From: Candidatus Krumholzibacteriia bacterium | GTDB taxonomy: Bacteria; Krumholzibacteriota; Krumholzibacteriia; LZORAL124-64-63 | Length of the DNA stretch: 64,000 nt | NCBI GenBank assembly: GCA_942492615.1 | Contig: CALOFL010000023.1 | Location: 230,832 to 294,831 of the forward strand | Direction: 5' to 3' | Shown here: positions 40,562 to 50,096 of the stretch, in pieces | Layout of the letters: each line of letters opens with the position of its first letter | How positions within the stretch are numbered: position 1 is the first letter of the stretch | Notes under the pieces: model-generated | What the model saw: only the letters and a program-made list of their open reading frames with translations | Databases searched by the model: none | Told to the model about the DNA's origin: nothing | Position numbers and translations under genes: made by a program

Positions 40562-41128
40562 TCAACCCTGGAAATGCCTCATCAGCGTTTCGAGCCCCAG
40601 GCCGATCAGGACAAGGCCGCCGAGAATGCCCAGCCGGTGGCCGAAGGCCGCGCCCAGGCGCGCGCCCAGCCAGTAGGCCGCGGTCGACAAGCCCATGGTC
40701 ACCAGGCCGATGATCACCGCCGGTCCCCAGACCGCGACCTCGAGCATGGCCAGGCTCAGACCGACGGCAAAGGCGTCGATGCTCGTGGCCAAGCTCAGCA
40801 GGACCAGGGTCCAGCCCTTGGAGGGGTCCAGGGGCGGGGATTCGTCCTGCGGCCTGAGTCCGGACCGGACCATATTGACGCCGATGAGGGTCAAAAGGCT
40901 GAAGGCGATCCAGTGGTCGTAGGCGGTCACGAACGAGGCGAAAGAGTACCCCAGCAGCCAGCCCGCCACCGGCATGAGTCCCTGGAACAGACCGAAATGG
41001 AAGGCCAGCCGCCAACCGGCGCGGAAACCGGACGTCTGGCCGCTGGCCCGGGCGCCAATGGTCACGGCGCTGGCGTCCATGGCCAGGCCCACCGCCAGGA
41101 GAAGAGTCGCCACGATCCCCACGTCCAC
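40562..41128 (-). CDS. mntP: Manganese efflux pump MntP (DUF204 family)
   Basis: Two repeats of the conserved L(A/S)(M/T)(D/S)(A/I)DAFAV motif. 188 aa, six TM helices. GTG start after an AGGAA Shine-Dalgarno. Confidence 0.75.
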   Translation of the reverse strand: MDVGIVATLLLAVGLAMDASAVTIGARASGQTSGFRAGWRLAFHFGLFQGLMPVAGWLLGYSFASFVTAYDHWIAFSLLTLIGVNMVRSGLRPQDESPPLDPSKGWTLVLLSLATSIDAFAVGLSLAMLEVAVWGPAVIIGLVTMGLSTAAYWLGARLGAAFGHRLGILGGLVLIGLGLETLMRHFQG

Positions 41129-41299
41129 CACCGTTCCTGGTGAGGTTCCATCTTGCAAACGAGGGCCGGAATCCTGGTATTCCCGCTGGGATTCCGCCCC
41201 GAAGTGTGGCAGGATAGGCTCCGGCAGGATCGGCGTCCAGGCTATCTTCCGCTGGGGCGTCCCTGACGGGAAATACCCGCCCGCTCCCCGTTCCCCGGC

Positions 41300-41328
41300 T
41301 TGACAGGACCCGCCCCCTGGGGCATACT
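41300..41328 (+). promoter_or_regulatory. Putative sigma-70-type promoter for the lipoprotein / ROK / GH16 gene group
   Basis: TTGACA, 17-nt spacer, CATACT. An operator-like palindrome (TCGG-TTA-CCGT) follows immediately at 41333-41343. Confidence 0.35.
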
Positions 41329-41415
41329 TTGATCGGTTACCGTACAAAGCTGGGGTACCCTGCACATCGAGCCTTGGCAGGGCGCGATCCTCATCATTCC
41401 ACGCGGAGGCGCAAA

Positions 41416-42849
41416 GTGAAATCGAATCGACGCCACCTGTTCGTCCTGACGGCGCTGACCCTTTTGATCCTGGCCGCTGGTTGCAGCGATCGCGATCCAG
41501 CAGAACTGGAAACCGCACGTGCTATCGTTGATCCCATTGTCTGGGAAGATGGCCCCGCCGTGCCGGATGTTTACTGGCAGCCGTTTTTCGAGACACACTA
41601 CACCGCCATTTCCATTGATTCGGTCTATGCCTACGACGGCTTCGCCCCTGACGGCGCCACGTCCCTCAAGTTCCAGATCCCGGCCCAGGGTTCGGCCCTC
41701 GGCCCCTACACCGGCGGCGTTATCACGTCGGCGGGTGCCCGCGACCTGACCGATTTCAACGCCCTGACCTTCTACGCCCGCACCGACGCGCGATCGCCCA
41801 CGAATCAGGGCATCCTGTTGAACGAAATCGGCTTCGGCAACGACAACACCGGCACGTCACTCTACGACGCGGCACGTACGAACCTGGCCCTGACCGCGGA
41901 ATGGGTCTTCCATGTCGTGCCCATCCCGGATCCCTCCAAATTGATTGCCGAAAGGGGGCTGTTCCTGATGGCCGAGGGCGTGCAGCCCGAGTACCCGGAA
42001 GGCTACAACGTCTGGTTCGATGAGATCAAGTACGCCAAGCTCGGCAACATCGAAGTCTTCCGTCCCAGCATGGTCTCGGCGAACAACATCGTCTTTGTCG
42101 GCTCCACCGCCTCGGTCGCCGGCACCAGCACCATCTTCCTGGTGGACGGTGGCTTCGTCCCGGTCAACCACTCGCCCAACTATTTCGATTACATCTCGTC
42201 CAACCCCGGCGTGGCCGCGGTGGACCGGGGCCAGATCAGGGTTATCGGCGTGGGTGAAACCACGATTACCGCCACCCTCCAGGGCAACGAGGTCAACGGC
42301 CGCATCGTCCTGAAGGGTTTCGAAGCGCCGACGGTCGCCGCGACGCCGCCGACTCTGCCGGCCAGTGACGTGATCTCGATGTTCAGTGGCGTCTATACCA
42401 ATGTCCCGGTGGACACCTGGCGGACCGACTGGACCCCGCGGGCCCAGGTGCAGGACTACGCGGTGGCCGGCGACAACACCAAGATGTACACCGTCCTGGG
42501 CGGCAGTTACGTGGGGATCGAGTTCCGCAGTCCGGAGATCGACGCCTCGGCCATGACGCACTTCCATCTCGACGTTCTGGCCCCCGAAGGAACGAATTTC
42601 AGGGTCAAACTCGTCTGCTTCCCGCCCGAGATCAGCGGCGACCCGGTCAATTTTCTGGAGACCCAGGACGTGGTCCTGGACGGCACCACCACCCCGGCGT
42701 TCGTCGCCGGCGGTTGGTCGGTCCTGGACATCCCCCTGGCGGATTTCCAGATTCCCGAAGGCTGGGACTGGTCGCACGTGGGCCAGATGGTCCTGAGCAC
42801 GGGGGACGCCGATCTGGTGCTGGTGGACAATGTCTACTGGCACAAATAG
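41416..42849 (+). CDS. Lipoprotein with a Big_2 (bacterial Ig-like) domain and C-terminal carbohydrate-binding-module-like domain
   Basis: Lipobox LILAAGCSD. Big_2-like segment (GQIRVIGVGETTITATLQGNEVNGRIVL). GTG start after a GGAGG Shine-Dalgarno. Confidence 0.65.
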   Translation: MKSNRRHLFVLTALTLLILAAGCSDRDPAELETARAIVDPIVWEDGPAVPDVYWQPFFETHYTAISIDSVYAYDGFAPDGATSLKFQIPAQGSALGPYTGGVITSAGARDLTDFNALTFYARTDARSPTNQGILLNEIGFGNDNTGTSLYDAARTNLALTAEWVFHVVPIPDPSKLIAERGLFLMAEGVQPEYPEGYNVWFDEIKYAKLGNIEVFRPSMVSANNIVFVGSTASVAGTSTIFLVDGGFVPVNHSPNYFDYISSNPGVAAVDRGQIRVIGVGETTITATLQGNEVNGRIVLKGFEAPTVAATPPTLPASDVISMFSGVYTNVPVDTWRTDWTPRAQVQDYAVAGDNTKMYTVLGGSYVGIEFRSPEIDASAMTHFHLDVLAPEGTNFRVKLVCFPPEISGDPVNFLETQDVVLDGTTTPAFVAGGWSVLDIPLADFQIPEGWDWSHVGQMVLSTGDADLVLVDNVYWHK

Positions 42850-42891
42850 GCCGGGTCGGCGAGGATTGATGGCACTTCAGAAAGCGGCCGG

Positions 42892-44145
42892 ATGAACTAC
42901 GAGAACCTGATCTGGAAGGGTTTGAGGCGGTCGGATCCCGACCGTCCCCGCCCCCTGGCCGACGCCGTTCTGCGGCTGATCTGGGAGGAGCGTCGGATCT
43001 CGCGCGCGCAGATCGCCCGGAAGGCGAATCTGTCCCGCTCCACCGTTTCGGAGATCATCAACGAAATCCTGCCGATGAGCCTGGTCACCGAAGTCGGCGA
43101 AGGCCCGTCCAAGGGCGGCCGCCGGCCCATCGTACTGGAGTTCCAGGACGACGCCTGCGTCATCCTGGGTGTCGAGATAAGCGCCTCTCACGTGGTGGTC
43201 GTGATGACCGACCTGCGCGGACGGGTGCTGACCTGGAAATCCCGCGAGCATCACGTCCGCTCCGACCCGACCGGCACCAGGAATCTCATCGCCGAGCTCT
43301 GCCGCGAGTGTCGCGCGGAGCCCGCGGGCCGGGCACATCCCCTGGTCGGGATCGGCGTGGCGGTGCCGTGCCCGATGGACCCCACGTTCCCGGACCAGCT
43401 CTCGGAGGTCGTGCTGCCGGCCTGGAAGGGACGGCTCGGTCTCGAGGATCTCGCCGGGGAATTCGGTGTCCCGCTCATGGTCGACAACGACGCCAACCTG
43501 GGCGCTCTCGCCGAACTCTGGTGGGGCCTGGGCCAGGGCGTGGACGACATGGCCTACATCAAGGTCGCCACCGGCATCGGGTCCGGACATGTGATCGGCG
43601 GGGACATCTACCGGGGCGCCACCGGCATTGCCGGCGAGATCGGCCACATCGCCATCGACCCCCAGGGGAAACGCTGTGTCTGCGGGTTGAGGGGCTGCCT
43701 CGTCACCCTGGTCGGCGGACCCGCCCTGGTCGCCCGGGCCCAGGAGCTGAGCTGGGATTTCCCCGACAGTCTTCTCGCGGGCAAAGTGAGCACGATCATC
43801 GAACTCGAGAACGCCGCCCTGGCCGGGGATCCCCTGGCCCTGCAGGTGGCCCAGGAGGCGGCCGCCAACCTGGGCAGGGCCATCGCCGGACTGATGAACA
43901 TCCTGAACCCGTCGCTGGTCGTGGTCGGCGGGGACCTGGCACGCCTCGGCGATCTGCTCATCGATCCGCTGCGCGAGGTCGTCAAACGCCGGACCCTCAT
44001 CAGTTCCATCGACGCCGCGGAGATCAAGGCCAGTGACCTGGGGCCGCGGTCGGTCGCCATCGGTGCGGCCACCCTCTTCCTGAAGGCCGCCCTCGAGGAC
44101 TCCCGCCTGTTTCCCCCGATTCCCGCCGCCAACCGGAGTGCCTAA
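42892..44145 (+). CDS. ROK-family transcriptional regulator (N-terminal wHTH plus ROK sugar-kinase-like domain)
   Basis: HTH ISRAQIARKANLSRSTVSEII. ROK motif GIGSGHVIGGDIYRGATGIAGEIGHIAI and Zn-site CVCGLRGC. Confidence 0.85.
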   Translation: MNYENLIWKGLRRSDPDRPRPLADAVLRLIWEERRISRAQIARKANLSRSTVSEIINEILPMSLVTEVGEGPSKGGRRPIVLEFQDDACVILGVEISASHVVVVMTDLRGRVLTWKSREHHVRSDPTGTRNLIAELCRECRAEPAGRAHPLVGIGVAVPCPMDPTFPDQLSEVVLPAWKGRLGLEDLAGEFGVPLMVDNDANLGALAELWWGLGQGVDDMAYIKVATGIGSGHVIGGDIYRGATGIAGEIGHIAIDPQGKRCVCGLRGCLVTLVGGPALVARAQELSWDFPDSLLAGKVSTIIELENAALAGDPLALQVAQEAAANLGRAIAGLMNILNPSLVVVGGDLARLGDLLIDPLREVVKRRTLISSIDAAEIKASDLGPRSVAIGAATLFLKAALEDSRLFPPIPAANRSA

Positions 44146-44157
44146 GGAGTTTCGCGC

Positions 44158-44967
44158 ATGAACCGGCAAGTGACCCTGTTGTCGACCATCCTGGCACTCG
44201 TTGTCATCACCGGCTGCAGCAAGAAAGAACCGGCCGTCGGGTTCGGTCTCGTCTGGCAGGACGAATTCGAAGGCCCGGCCGGCCAGCTGCCCGACCCCGC
44301 CAAATGGAAATTTGATCTCGGGACCGACTGGGGCAATCGCCAGCTCGAGTACGATACCGACCAGGCGGAGAACGTCAGCCTCGACGGGCAGGGCAACCTC
44401 GCCATCACCGCCCGCCGCGAGGACTTCGGGGGGCAGGAATACACGTCGGGCCGGATCAAGACCAAGGATCTCTTCGAGCAGACGCGGGGCCGTTTCGAGG
44501 CCCGGATCAAGGTGCCGATCGGCCAGGGTATCTGGCCCGCCTTCTGGCTCCTGGGCGCCAATATCGACGACGTGGGCTGGCCGGCCTGCGGGGAAATCGA
44601 CATCATGGAATACCGCGGCCACGAGCCCCGGGTGCTGCACGGGACCATCCACGGTCCCGGCCACTACGGGGACGGCGCGATATCCAAGAAACACGTCCTG
44701 GCCCAGGGCGGTTTCCACCTCGGCTTCCATGAATTCGTGGTGGACTGGGACGAGGATTCGATCACCTGGTCGGTCGACGGGTATGCGTACCACACCGTGA
44801 CGCCGGCAGACCTGCCCCCCGGCGCGACCTGGGTCTACAACAACCCCTTCTTCATCATCCTGAACGTGGCCGTGGGCGGTCGCTGGCCCGGCCCGCCGGA
44901 CGAGACGACGGTCTTCCCCCAGACGATGCTCGTGGATTACGTCCGGGTCTACGGCGTCCTGCCCTGA
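44158..44967 (+). CDS. Glycoside hydrolase family 16 lipoprotein (laminarinase / beta-1,3(4)-glucanase type)
   Basis: Lipobox VVITGCS. GH16 catalytic motif EIDIME. WPAFWLLG and a beta-jelly-roll-type sequence. Confidence 0.85.
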   Translation: MNRQVTLLSTILALVVITGCSKKEPAVGFGLVWQDEFEGPAGQLPDPAKWKFDLGTDWGNRQLEYDTDQAENVSLDGQGNLAITARREDFGGQEYTSGRIKTKDLFEQTRGRFEARIKVPIGQGIWPAFWLLGANIDDVGWPACGEIDIMEYRGHEPRVLHGTIHGPGHYGDGAISKKHVLAQGGFHLGFHEFVVDWDEDSITWSVDGYAYHTVTPADLPPGATWVYNNPFFIILNVAVGGRWPGPPDETTVFPQTMLVDYVRVYGVLP

Positions 44968-44986
44968 TCCGGATCAGGAAATAAAA

Positions 44987-45008
44987 GGCCCGGTCATTCG
45001 ACCGGGCC
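44987..45008. terminator. Bidirectional terminator hairpin between convergent genes
   Basis: aataaaa ggcccggtc attc gaccgggcc tcttcgtcttg. Confidence 0.6.
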
Positions 45009-45032
45009 TCTTCGTCTTGCCTGGCTGCGGGC

Positions 45033-48000
45033 CTAGATGGCCAGGTGCAGGTAGGTGCGGATCTCCCATTCCCTGCCGTCGGGCAACCCCTCCGGATACA
45101 ACTCGTTCGTAAATGGATCGGGTTCGGGCACCCCTTCCGGCGCGTAACGGTTGGAGTAGCGGTCCAGGGTCCGGTACGTGCCCCGCACGCCGAACTTGGT
45201 CTCCGGGAAGCTGAACCACTTGGGCCTGCCCAGGGTGTACGAGATGTCGGCCATCAGCTGCATGGGGAAAGTCAGGTTGAAGTTGCGGTGATAGTCGTAA
45301 GGACCGTAGTCGTTGAACTTCACGTGACCGGAAAGGGCCACCGAGGTCCAGGCGATCCGGCTGTCGAGGCCGAACCGCTTGACGAGCCGCGCATTGTCTC
45401 CGTTGGGTTCGGCCGTGCCGAAGTAGAGGTTGCTGATCATGCGCGTTCCCCTTCCGAAGCGGTTCACGAACCGGCAATTGACCTCCCACAGATCCCTGGC
45501 CGGCGTGCCGCCGGGGTAGGCGAAGATGTCGTTGGTATCGGAGATGAACAGGCCCGCATCGGCGGTGGTGTGATGACGCTTGTAGATGAAGCTGACGCTG
45601 GCCGCGAAATTGGCGTCCTCACGGACATCGCGATCCCAGGTCCAGAACCAGGTGGCCGGCGTGGGATCGTAGACCAACATGATCTCGCCCGCGGTCGTCT
45701 CGCGGTTGTAGATCACGGCAAACGGATCGTCGATGACGTTGCGCGTCCGCCCGGCCGTGCCGCCCAGATCGGCGGAGTTCGGCATCGGGCCCACGATGGG
45801 TTTCTGCCACATCAAGTTGGGGCCGATCTGCCAGTTTCCATTGCCCAGGGTTATCGCGACGCCGCTGAGGGCGTGGATCTGGTTGCCGGACCCGCTGTCC
45901 TTGAGTCCCCAACCGGTGTAGGTCGGGATCGACACCGGCCCGCCATCGGCCACCAGCCCCATGTAGGCGCCCTGGCCGTACCAGTTCCAGCGCCCCTTCT
46001 GGTAGGTCAGCTTGCCCTTGAAGCCGAAGGAGTCCTCGGGCTTGATCGTGTCCTGCTTGATGTCCTCCGGGGCGTACGGACCGCCGGCATCCCGGCGATC
46101 GTCGTCGATCAGCTGGAAGGTTTCGCCCTTGCGCGGCTGTCCCGCCCAGATGGCGCCGCCCTCGAAGCCGAACGGCCCGAGCTTCGTCTGCATCGACAGG
46201 GTCGCCTTGCGGTTCTGACGGATCGGAATGGCGATCGAACTGGTCAGCTGCGTCTGCTGGGCGAAATCCTCCTGGAAGATGCCCGTCCAGTCGATGCCGC
46301 CGACCTTGCGCTGGTACTTGACGAACACGGCCGGGTTGGCCCCCCACCACAGCTGCGGCCCGAAAGCCAACTTCAAGCCGTTGAACATCTTCTTGCCGGC
46401 GATCTCGGCACCCACCGGCGCCTGGCCGTTGTAGATGTCAACGTTCTCCCCGTAAAAGGCGTCGCGGTACAGGCCGAAGAAATCGCCCTCGTACTGCCAG
46501 TGCAGATGCCCGGTACGGTAGAAGGCGTCCAGCGTGAACCAGCGGTCGTCCCAGGTCAACGAACCCTGGTAGACCTTGACCCGTTCGAGGGATTCCACTT
46601 CAATCAGGTCGTCGTTCTGGTCCTTGAACGTGCGCGGCCGGCCGCGATTCTCGTAAAAGATCTCGTCGATGGGATTCTTCGGCACACGTCCCAGCACGTT
46701 CAGGGACAGCCTACCAACCACCGCGTCGTTGGGTTTGGCCTCGATGTCCGCGTAGAAGGACTGGCCGTTGTCGAAGCCGAGGAACGACGGATACGACTCC
46801 TGCGGTGCTTCGATGGGCGGGGTCGAGATGTTCTTGCCGCCGGTGCTGTAGGTCTCGAACTCCATGCGCAGGCCCGACACCCGTACCCTTTTGAGAGCGT
46901 CGACCTGCAGGGCGGCCGCGTCGCCGCGGGCCTCGAGCACACACCCCATCACCGTGATGCCGGCGAAGTGTTCCCTGATCTTGTCGAGATCGGTGTCCGG
47001 GGCGTAGGGGTCGAGCCGGTAGGCGTCACGCAGGGCGAAATAGGCCGCGCGCGGATAGACGTCGTAGATGCCCCGGGCATCGTTGTAACCCTTGGCGCAG
47101 ATGCCCCACCACTCCTCGTTCATGTTGTTCTCGCCTTCGCGGTAATCCCAGGGATAGCCCGCGTTCGGCCACGACGCATTGGTGTCGTGGATGTTCAGCC
47201 GTTCCTCCTGCTTGTACTTCCACCAGCCGTCGCTCCACTGGAAGGTCATCCCGCCGATGGAGTTGCCCACGCGGCCCTTGCCGGCGGCCTGCTCGAAGAT
47301 CTCACGCCACTGGCCGAGCAGGAAATAGGCCTGCGACTCCTGGTCTTCCGTCATCGTGATGGCGTTGAACGCGTCGGCGCCGAACTCCGTGAACATGGTC
47401 GGGATACCCAGCTTGTCCTTCACGACCTGGAAATAGTCCCGCGCCGAGATGCCGCGGTAGACGTTGGAACCGAACACGTCCAAACCCTTGCACTCCTCGG
47501 CGATGATATCGATGTACTGCAGGTCGCCGTTGGCCATGGACACCGGGCGGGCGGGATCGACCTCCTTGACCACCTGGATGACCTCCCCGAACAGGGAGTA
47601 GAGGTGGCGGGCCCGCGCCGCATTCCGTTCCCCCTCGGGCAGGGCCTCGATCTCGAACGAGGCCCAGGACAGGCCGTAGTTGTTCTCGTTGCCCAGCAGC
47701 CACATCAGGACTCCCGGGGTTTCCTTGTAATCGGCGACCAGCTCCCGGATGTCGGCCTTGATTGTCTCCCTGACCCGCGGATCGCTGTAGTCGGTGTTCG
47801 GCAGCCACGCCCCGTCGATGGTCAACCCGTACCGTCCGACCGTGTGGTTGAGCACCGTGAAGATCCCGTACTTCTCGTAGATCCACTGCACCCAGCGCGG
47901 CGGGATGCCCACGTACTGTCGTAAGGTATTGACGCCCATGGCCCGCAGCAGCGACATCTCCTTGTCCAGGGCGGCCTCGATGATGTCGTCGGACTTGGTC

Positions 48001-48242
48001 CACAGGCTATAGGTGTAGTTCTCGCCGATGGGCATGTATCCCCAGTTCATTCCCAGGACCATGAAATCGCGGCCGTCCACCTGGAGGCGGGAACCGCCCT
48101 CGTCGTAGACCACCTTGATCTCGGGCAGGTCGGTCTTGCCCGACTGGGCCGCGGCCCCCAGCGGAACCAGAACCAGAAGCAACAGGCCGGCCAGGGCGAT
48201 GCGGCCGGATTGACGGAGGCAACCGTTAACGATCGAATACAC
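45033..48242 (-). CDS. Secreted 1069-aa fusion protein: N-terminal (beta/alpha)8 glycoside hydrolase domain (clan GH-A-like, NE motif) plus a C-terminal ~600-aa beta-strand-rich domain (possible beta-barrel)
   Basis: Signal peptide ...RIALAGLLLLVLVPLGAAAQS. LLGNENNYG and TEFGADAF suggest clan GH-A acid/base and nucleophile residues. GTG start after a GAGGAG Shine-Dalgarno overlaps the GH1 stop by 17 nt. The 108-aa ORF-track extension was trimmed. Confidence 0.65.
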   Translation of the reverse strand: MYSIVNGCLRQSGRIALAGLLLLVLVPLGAAAQSGKTDLPEIKVVYDEGGSRLQVDGRDFMVLGMNWGYMPIGENYTYSLWTKSDDIIEAALDKEMSLLRAMGVNTLRQYVGIPPRWVQWIYEKYGIFTVLNHTVGRYGLTIDGAWLPNTDYSDPRVRETIKADIRELVADYKETPGVLMWLLGNENNYGLSWASFEIEALPEGERNAARARHLYSLFGEVIQVVKEVDPARPVSMANGDLQYIDIIAEECKGLDVFGSNVYRGISARDYFQVVKDKLGIPTMFTEFGADAFNAITMTEDQESQAYFLLGQWREIFEQAAGKGRVGNSIGGMTFQWSDGWWKYKQEERLNIHDTNASWPNAGYPWDYREGENNMNEEWWGICAKGYNDARGIYDVYPRAAYFALRDAYRLDPYAPDTDLDKIREHFAGITVMGCVLEARGDAAALQVDALKRVRVSGLRMEFETYSTGGKNISTPPIEAPQESYPSFLGFDNGQSFYADIEAKPNDAVVGRLSLNVLGRVPKNPIDEIFYENRGRPRTFKDQNDDLIEVESLERVKVYQGSLTWDDRWFTLDAFYRTGHLHWQYEGDFFGLYRDAFYGENVDIYNGQAPVGAEIAGKKMFNGLKLAFGPQLWWGANPAVFVKYQRKVGGIDWTGIFQEDFAQQTQLTSSIAIPIRQNRKATLSMQTKLGPFGFEGGAIWAGQPRKGETFQLIDDDRRDAGGPYAPEDIKQDTIKPEDSFGFKGKLTYQKGRWNWYGQGAYMGLVADGGPVSIPTYTGWGLKDSGSGNQIHALSGVAITLGNGNWQIGPNLMWQKPIVGPMPNSADLGGTAGRTRNVIDDPFAVIYNRETTAGEIMLVYDPTPATWFWTWDRDVREDANFAASVSFIYKRHHTTADAGLFISDTNDIFAYPGGTPARDLWEVNCRFVNRFGRGTRMISNLYFGTAEPNGDNARLVKRFGLDSRIAWTSVALSGHVKFNDYGPYDYHRNFNLTFPMQLMADISYTLGRPKWFSFPETKFGVRGTYRTLDRYSNRYAPEGVPEPDPFTNELYPEGLPDGREWEIRTYLHLAI

Positions 48243-49629
48243 GGGAATCTCCTCGAGGGATGGAAGTGGAAGCATCGGCGACCGCGTTGGCGGCCACGAC
48301 GTGACGATACCAGAAAGCGCTGTCCTTGGGAATGCGTTGCTGGGTCGCGGGGTCGACGGCAAACAGTCCGAACCGTTTTTCGTAGCCCAGGGCCCATTCG
48401 AAGTTGTCCATGAAGGACCAGGTGAAATAGCCCGCCAGGGGAACGCCGGCGGCGATGGCCCGGCGGGCCGCCCGCAGGTGATCGCGGAGGTAGGCGATCC
48501 GCCGGGAATCGGCAATACGACCCGCGGCGTCGGCCGGATCGTCGTAGGCGGCTCCGTTCTCGGCAATATAGATCTTCTGGGGCTGGTACTCGCGGTGGAT
48601 GTTCACCAGACAGTCGTAAAGCCCGTCCGGATAGACCTCCCACCCCATGTCGGTGAGCTCTTCGGCCGGGACCATCTTGGCCTGGACGGGTTTACCGTCC
48701 GGCCCCCGCTGCATGACCGCACGGCTGTAGTAGTTGAGCGCCAGGAATTCGAGCGGCGTGGAGATGGCCGCCATGTCGCCGTCCTGGACGAAGGCCAATT
48801 CCGGTCCGGGGAGGTGCCCGGCGGCGATCCGGTCGGCAACCGCGTCTTCGGGATAGGAACCGCGAAAGACCGGGTCCAGGTACCAGCGGTTGAAGAAACC
48901 GTCAAACCAGCGGGCGGCGTCCCGGTCCCCCTGGCTGTCCGAGGCGGCGGAGGCCGGGCAGTTGATCAGGGCGATCCCCACCTCGGCATCGGGAACCTCC
49001 CGGCGGATGGCCGCGGTCGCCCAGCCGTGTGACAGGAGCAGGTGGTGGGCAACACGCAGGGCTTCGGCCGGATCCAGATGCCCCGGAGCGTGATGCCCCT
49101 CTTCGTGGCCCAGGGTGGCGACGCACCAGGGCTCGTTGTGGGTCACCCAGCGGGCGACCCTGTCACCGAGCCGCCGCGTGACCGCGGCCGCGTAGTCCAC
49201 GAAGGCCGCGGCCGTATCCCGTGCTCCCCAGCCCCCGCGGTCCTGGAGCTCCTGGGGCAGGTCCCAGTGGTAAAGGGTGGGAAACGGTTCGATGCCCGCT
49301 TCCAGCAGGCCGTCCACCAGCGCATCATAAAAATCGAGGCCCGCGACATTGGCCGCGCCGCGGCCCGTCGGCTGGATCCGCGGCCACGCGATGGAGAAGC
49401 GGTATCCTCCCAGCCCCAGATCTTTCATCAGCTGGATGTCTTCCGGCCAGCGATGGTAATGGTCACAGGCGATGTCCGGGTTCGAACCGTCGGCGATCTT
49501 TCCCGGCAAGGAGGCGAAGCGGTCCCAGATGGACTCTCCCCGGCCGCCCGCGTGGCGGGCACCTTCGATCTGCTGGGCGGAGGTGGCGGCGCCCCAGATG
49601 AAGCCTGCGGGAAAGCTGTGGTCGGCCAT
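48226..49629 (-). CDS. Beta-glucosidase, glycoside hydrolase family 1
   Basis: GH1 signatures FIWGAATSAQQIEG, THNEPW (acid/base) and YIAENGAAY (nucleophile). No signal peptide, so cytoplasmic. Confidence 0.9.
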   Translation of the reverse strand: MADHSFPAGFIWGAATSAQQIEGARHAGGRGESIWDRFASLPGKIADGSNPDIACDHYHRWPEDIQLMKDLGLGGYRFSIAWPRIQPTGRGAANVAGLDFYDALVDGLLEAGIEPFPTLYHWDLPQELQDRGGWGARDTAAAFVDYAAAVTRRLGDRVARWVTHNEPWCVATLGHEEGHHAPGHLDPAEALRVAHHLLLSHGWATAAIRREVPDAEVGIALINCPASAASDSQGDRDAARWFDGFFNRWYLDPVFRGSYPEDAVADRIAAGHLPGPELAFVQDGDMAAISTPLEFLALNYYSRAVMQRGPDGKPVQAKMVPAEELTDMGWEVYPDGLYDCLVNIHREYQPQKIYIAENGAAYDDPADAAGRIADSRRIAYLRDHLRAARRAIAAGVPLAGYFTWSFMDNFEWALGYEKRFGLFAVDPATQQRIPKDSAFWYRHVVAANAVADASTSIPRGDSRVFDR

Positions 49630-49805
49630 GAAGCATCGACTCCCGGGAATCTACATTGCCCCGTCGCGGTGCGCGGGACGGAAAAGCGGACCCGCCGAGT
49701 TCGTCGAAGCGGAAAGCCGTTACGGATTCACAGCTTCGGTGCGGGTTCCGCCGGCGCCCTCAAGCTCTGGGCGCAATTTCCCAACCTTTTGTGAAAAAAA
49801 TCTTT

Positions 49806-49901
49806 GTTCGGACTCCGAACATAGTGTATGATGTTGGTGGTCCTGTCAAGATCTCTCTCGGTATTTGGAACCCCCTGAAATGGTGATTCCGGATCCGGAA
49901 T
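49806..49901. promoter_or_regulatory. Divergent regulatory region with two perfect palindromes: GTTCGGA-C-TCCGAAC (49806-49820) and ATTCCGGATCCGGAAT (49886-49901)
   Basis: Lower-GC intergenic stretch between the GH1 operon (minus strand) and the gene at 50097 (plus strand). Confidence 0.45.
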
Positions 49902-50096
49902 ACACTTCCCGCTTTCCACATGAAATCACTTGACCGGCAGGAAGAAAATCAGCGACAGGAACAGAATTAGCGGCGGGATCGGTCCATGGGCCAAGCTCAG
50001 GGGCAGCATCCTGCTGGAGGCTCGACCAAGACTGGCAGGAGGCCGCAGCCGAGTGTTCCGCTGGCAGAATGGTTTTTTTAACGAGAGGTCACGATC

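Noticed and set aside
40044-41015. 323-aa minus-strand ORF spanning the small beta-rich gene and mntP
   Set aside because: Arg/Pro/Gly-rich nonsense frame. The real genes are the small beta-rich gene at 40110-40520 (+) and mntP at 40562-41128 (-) in another frame.
45045-47924. 959-aa plus-strand ORF opposite the large GH-fusion gene
   Set aside because: Antisense artefact with no motifs. The minus frame has a signal peptide and glycosidase motifs.
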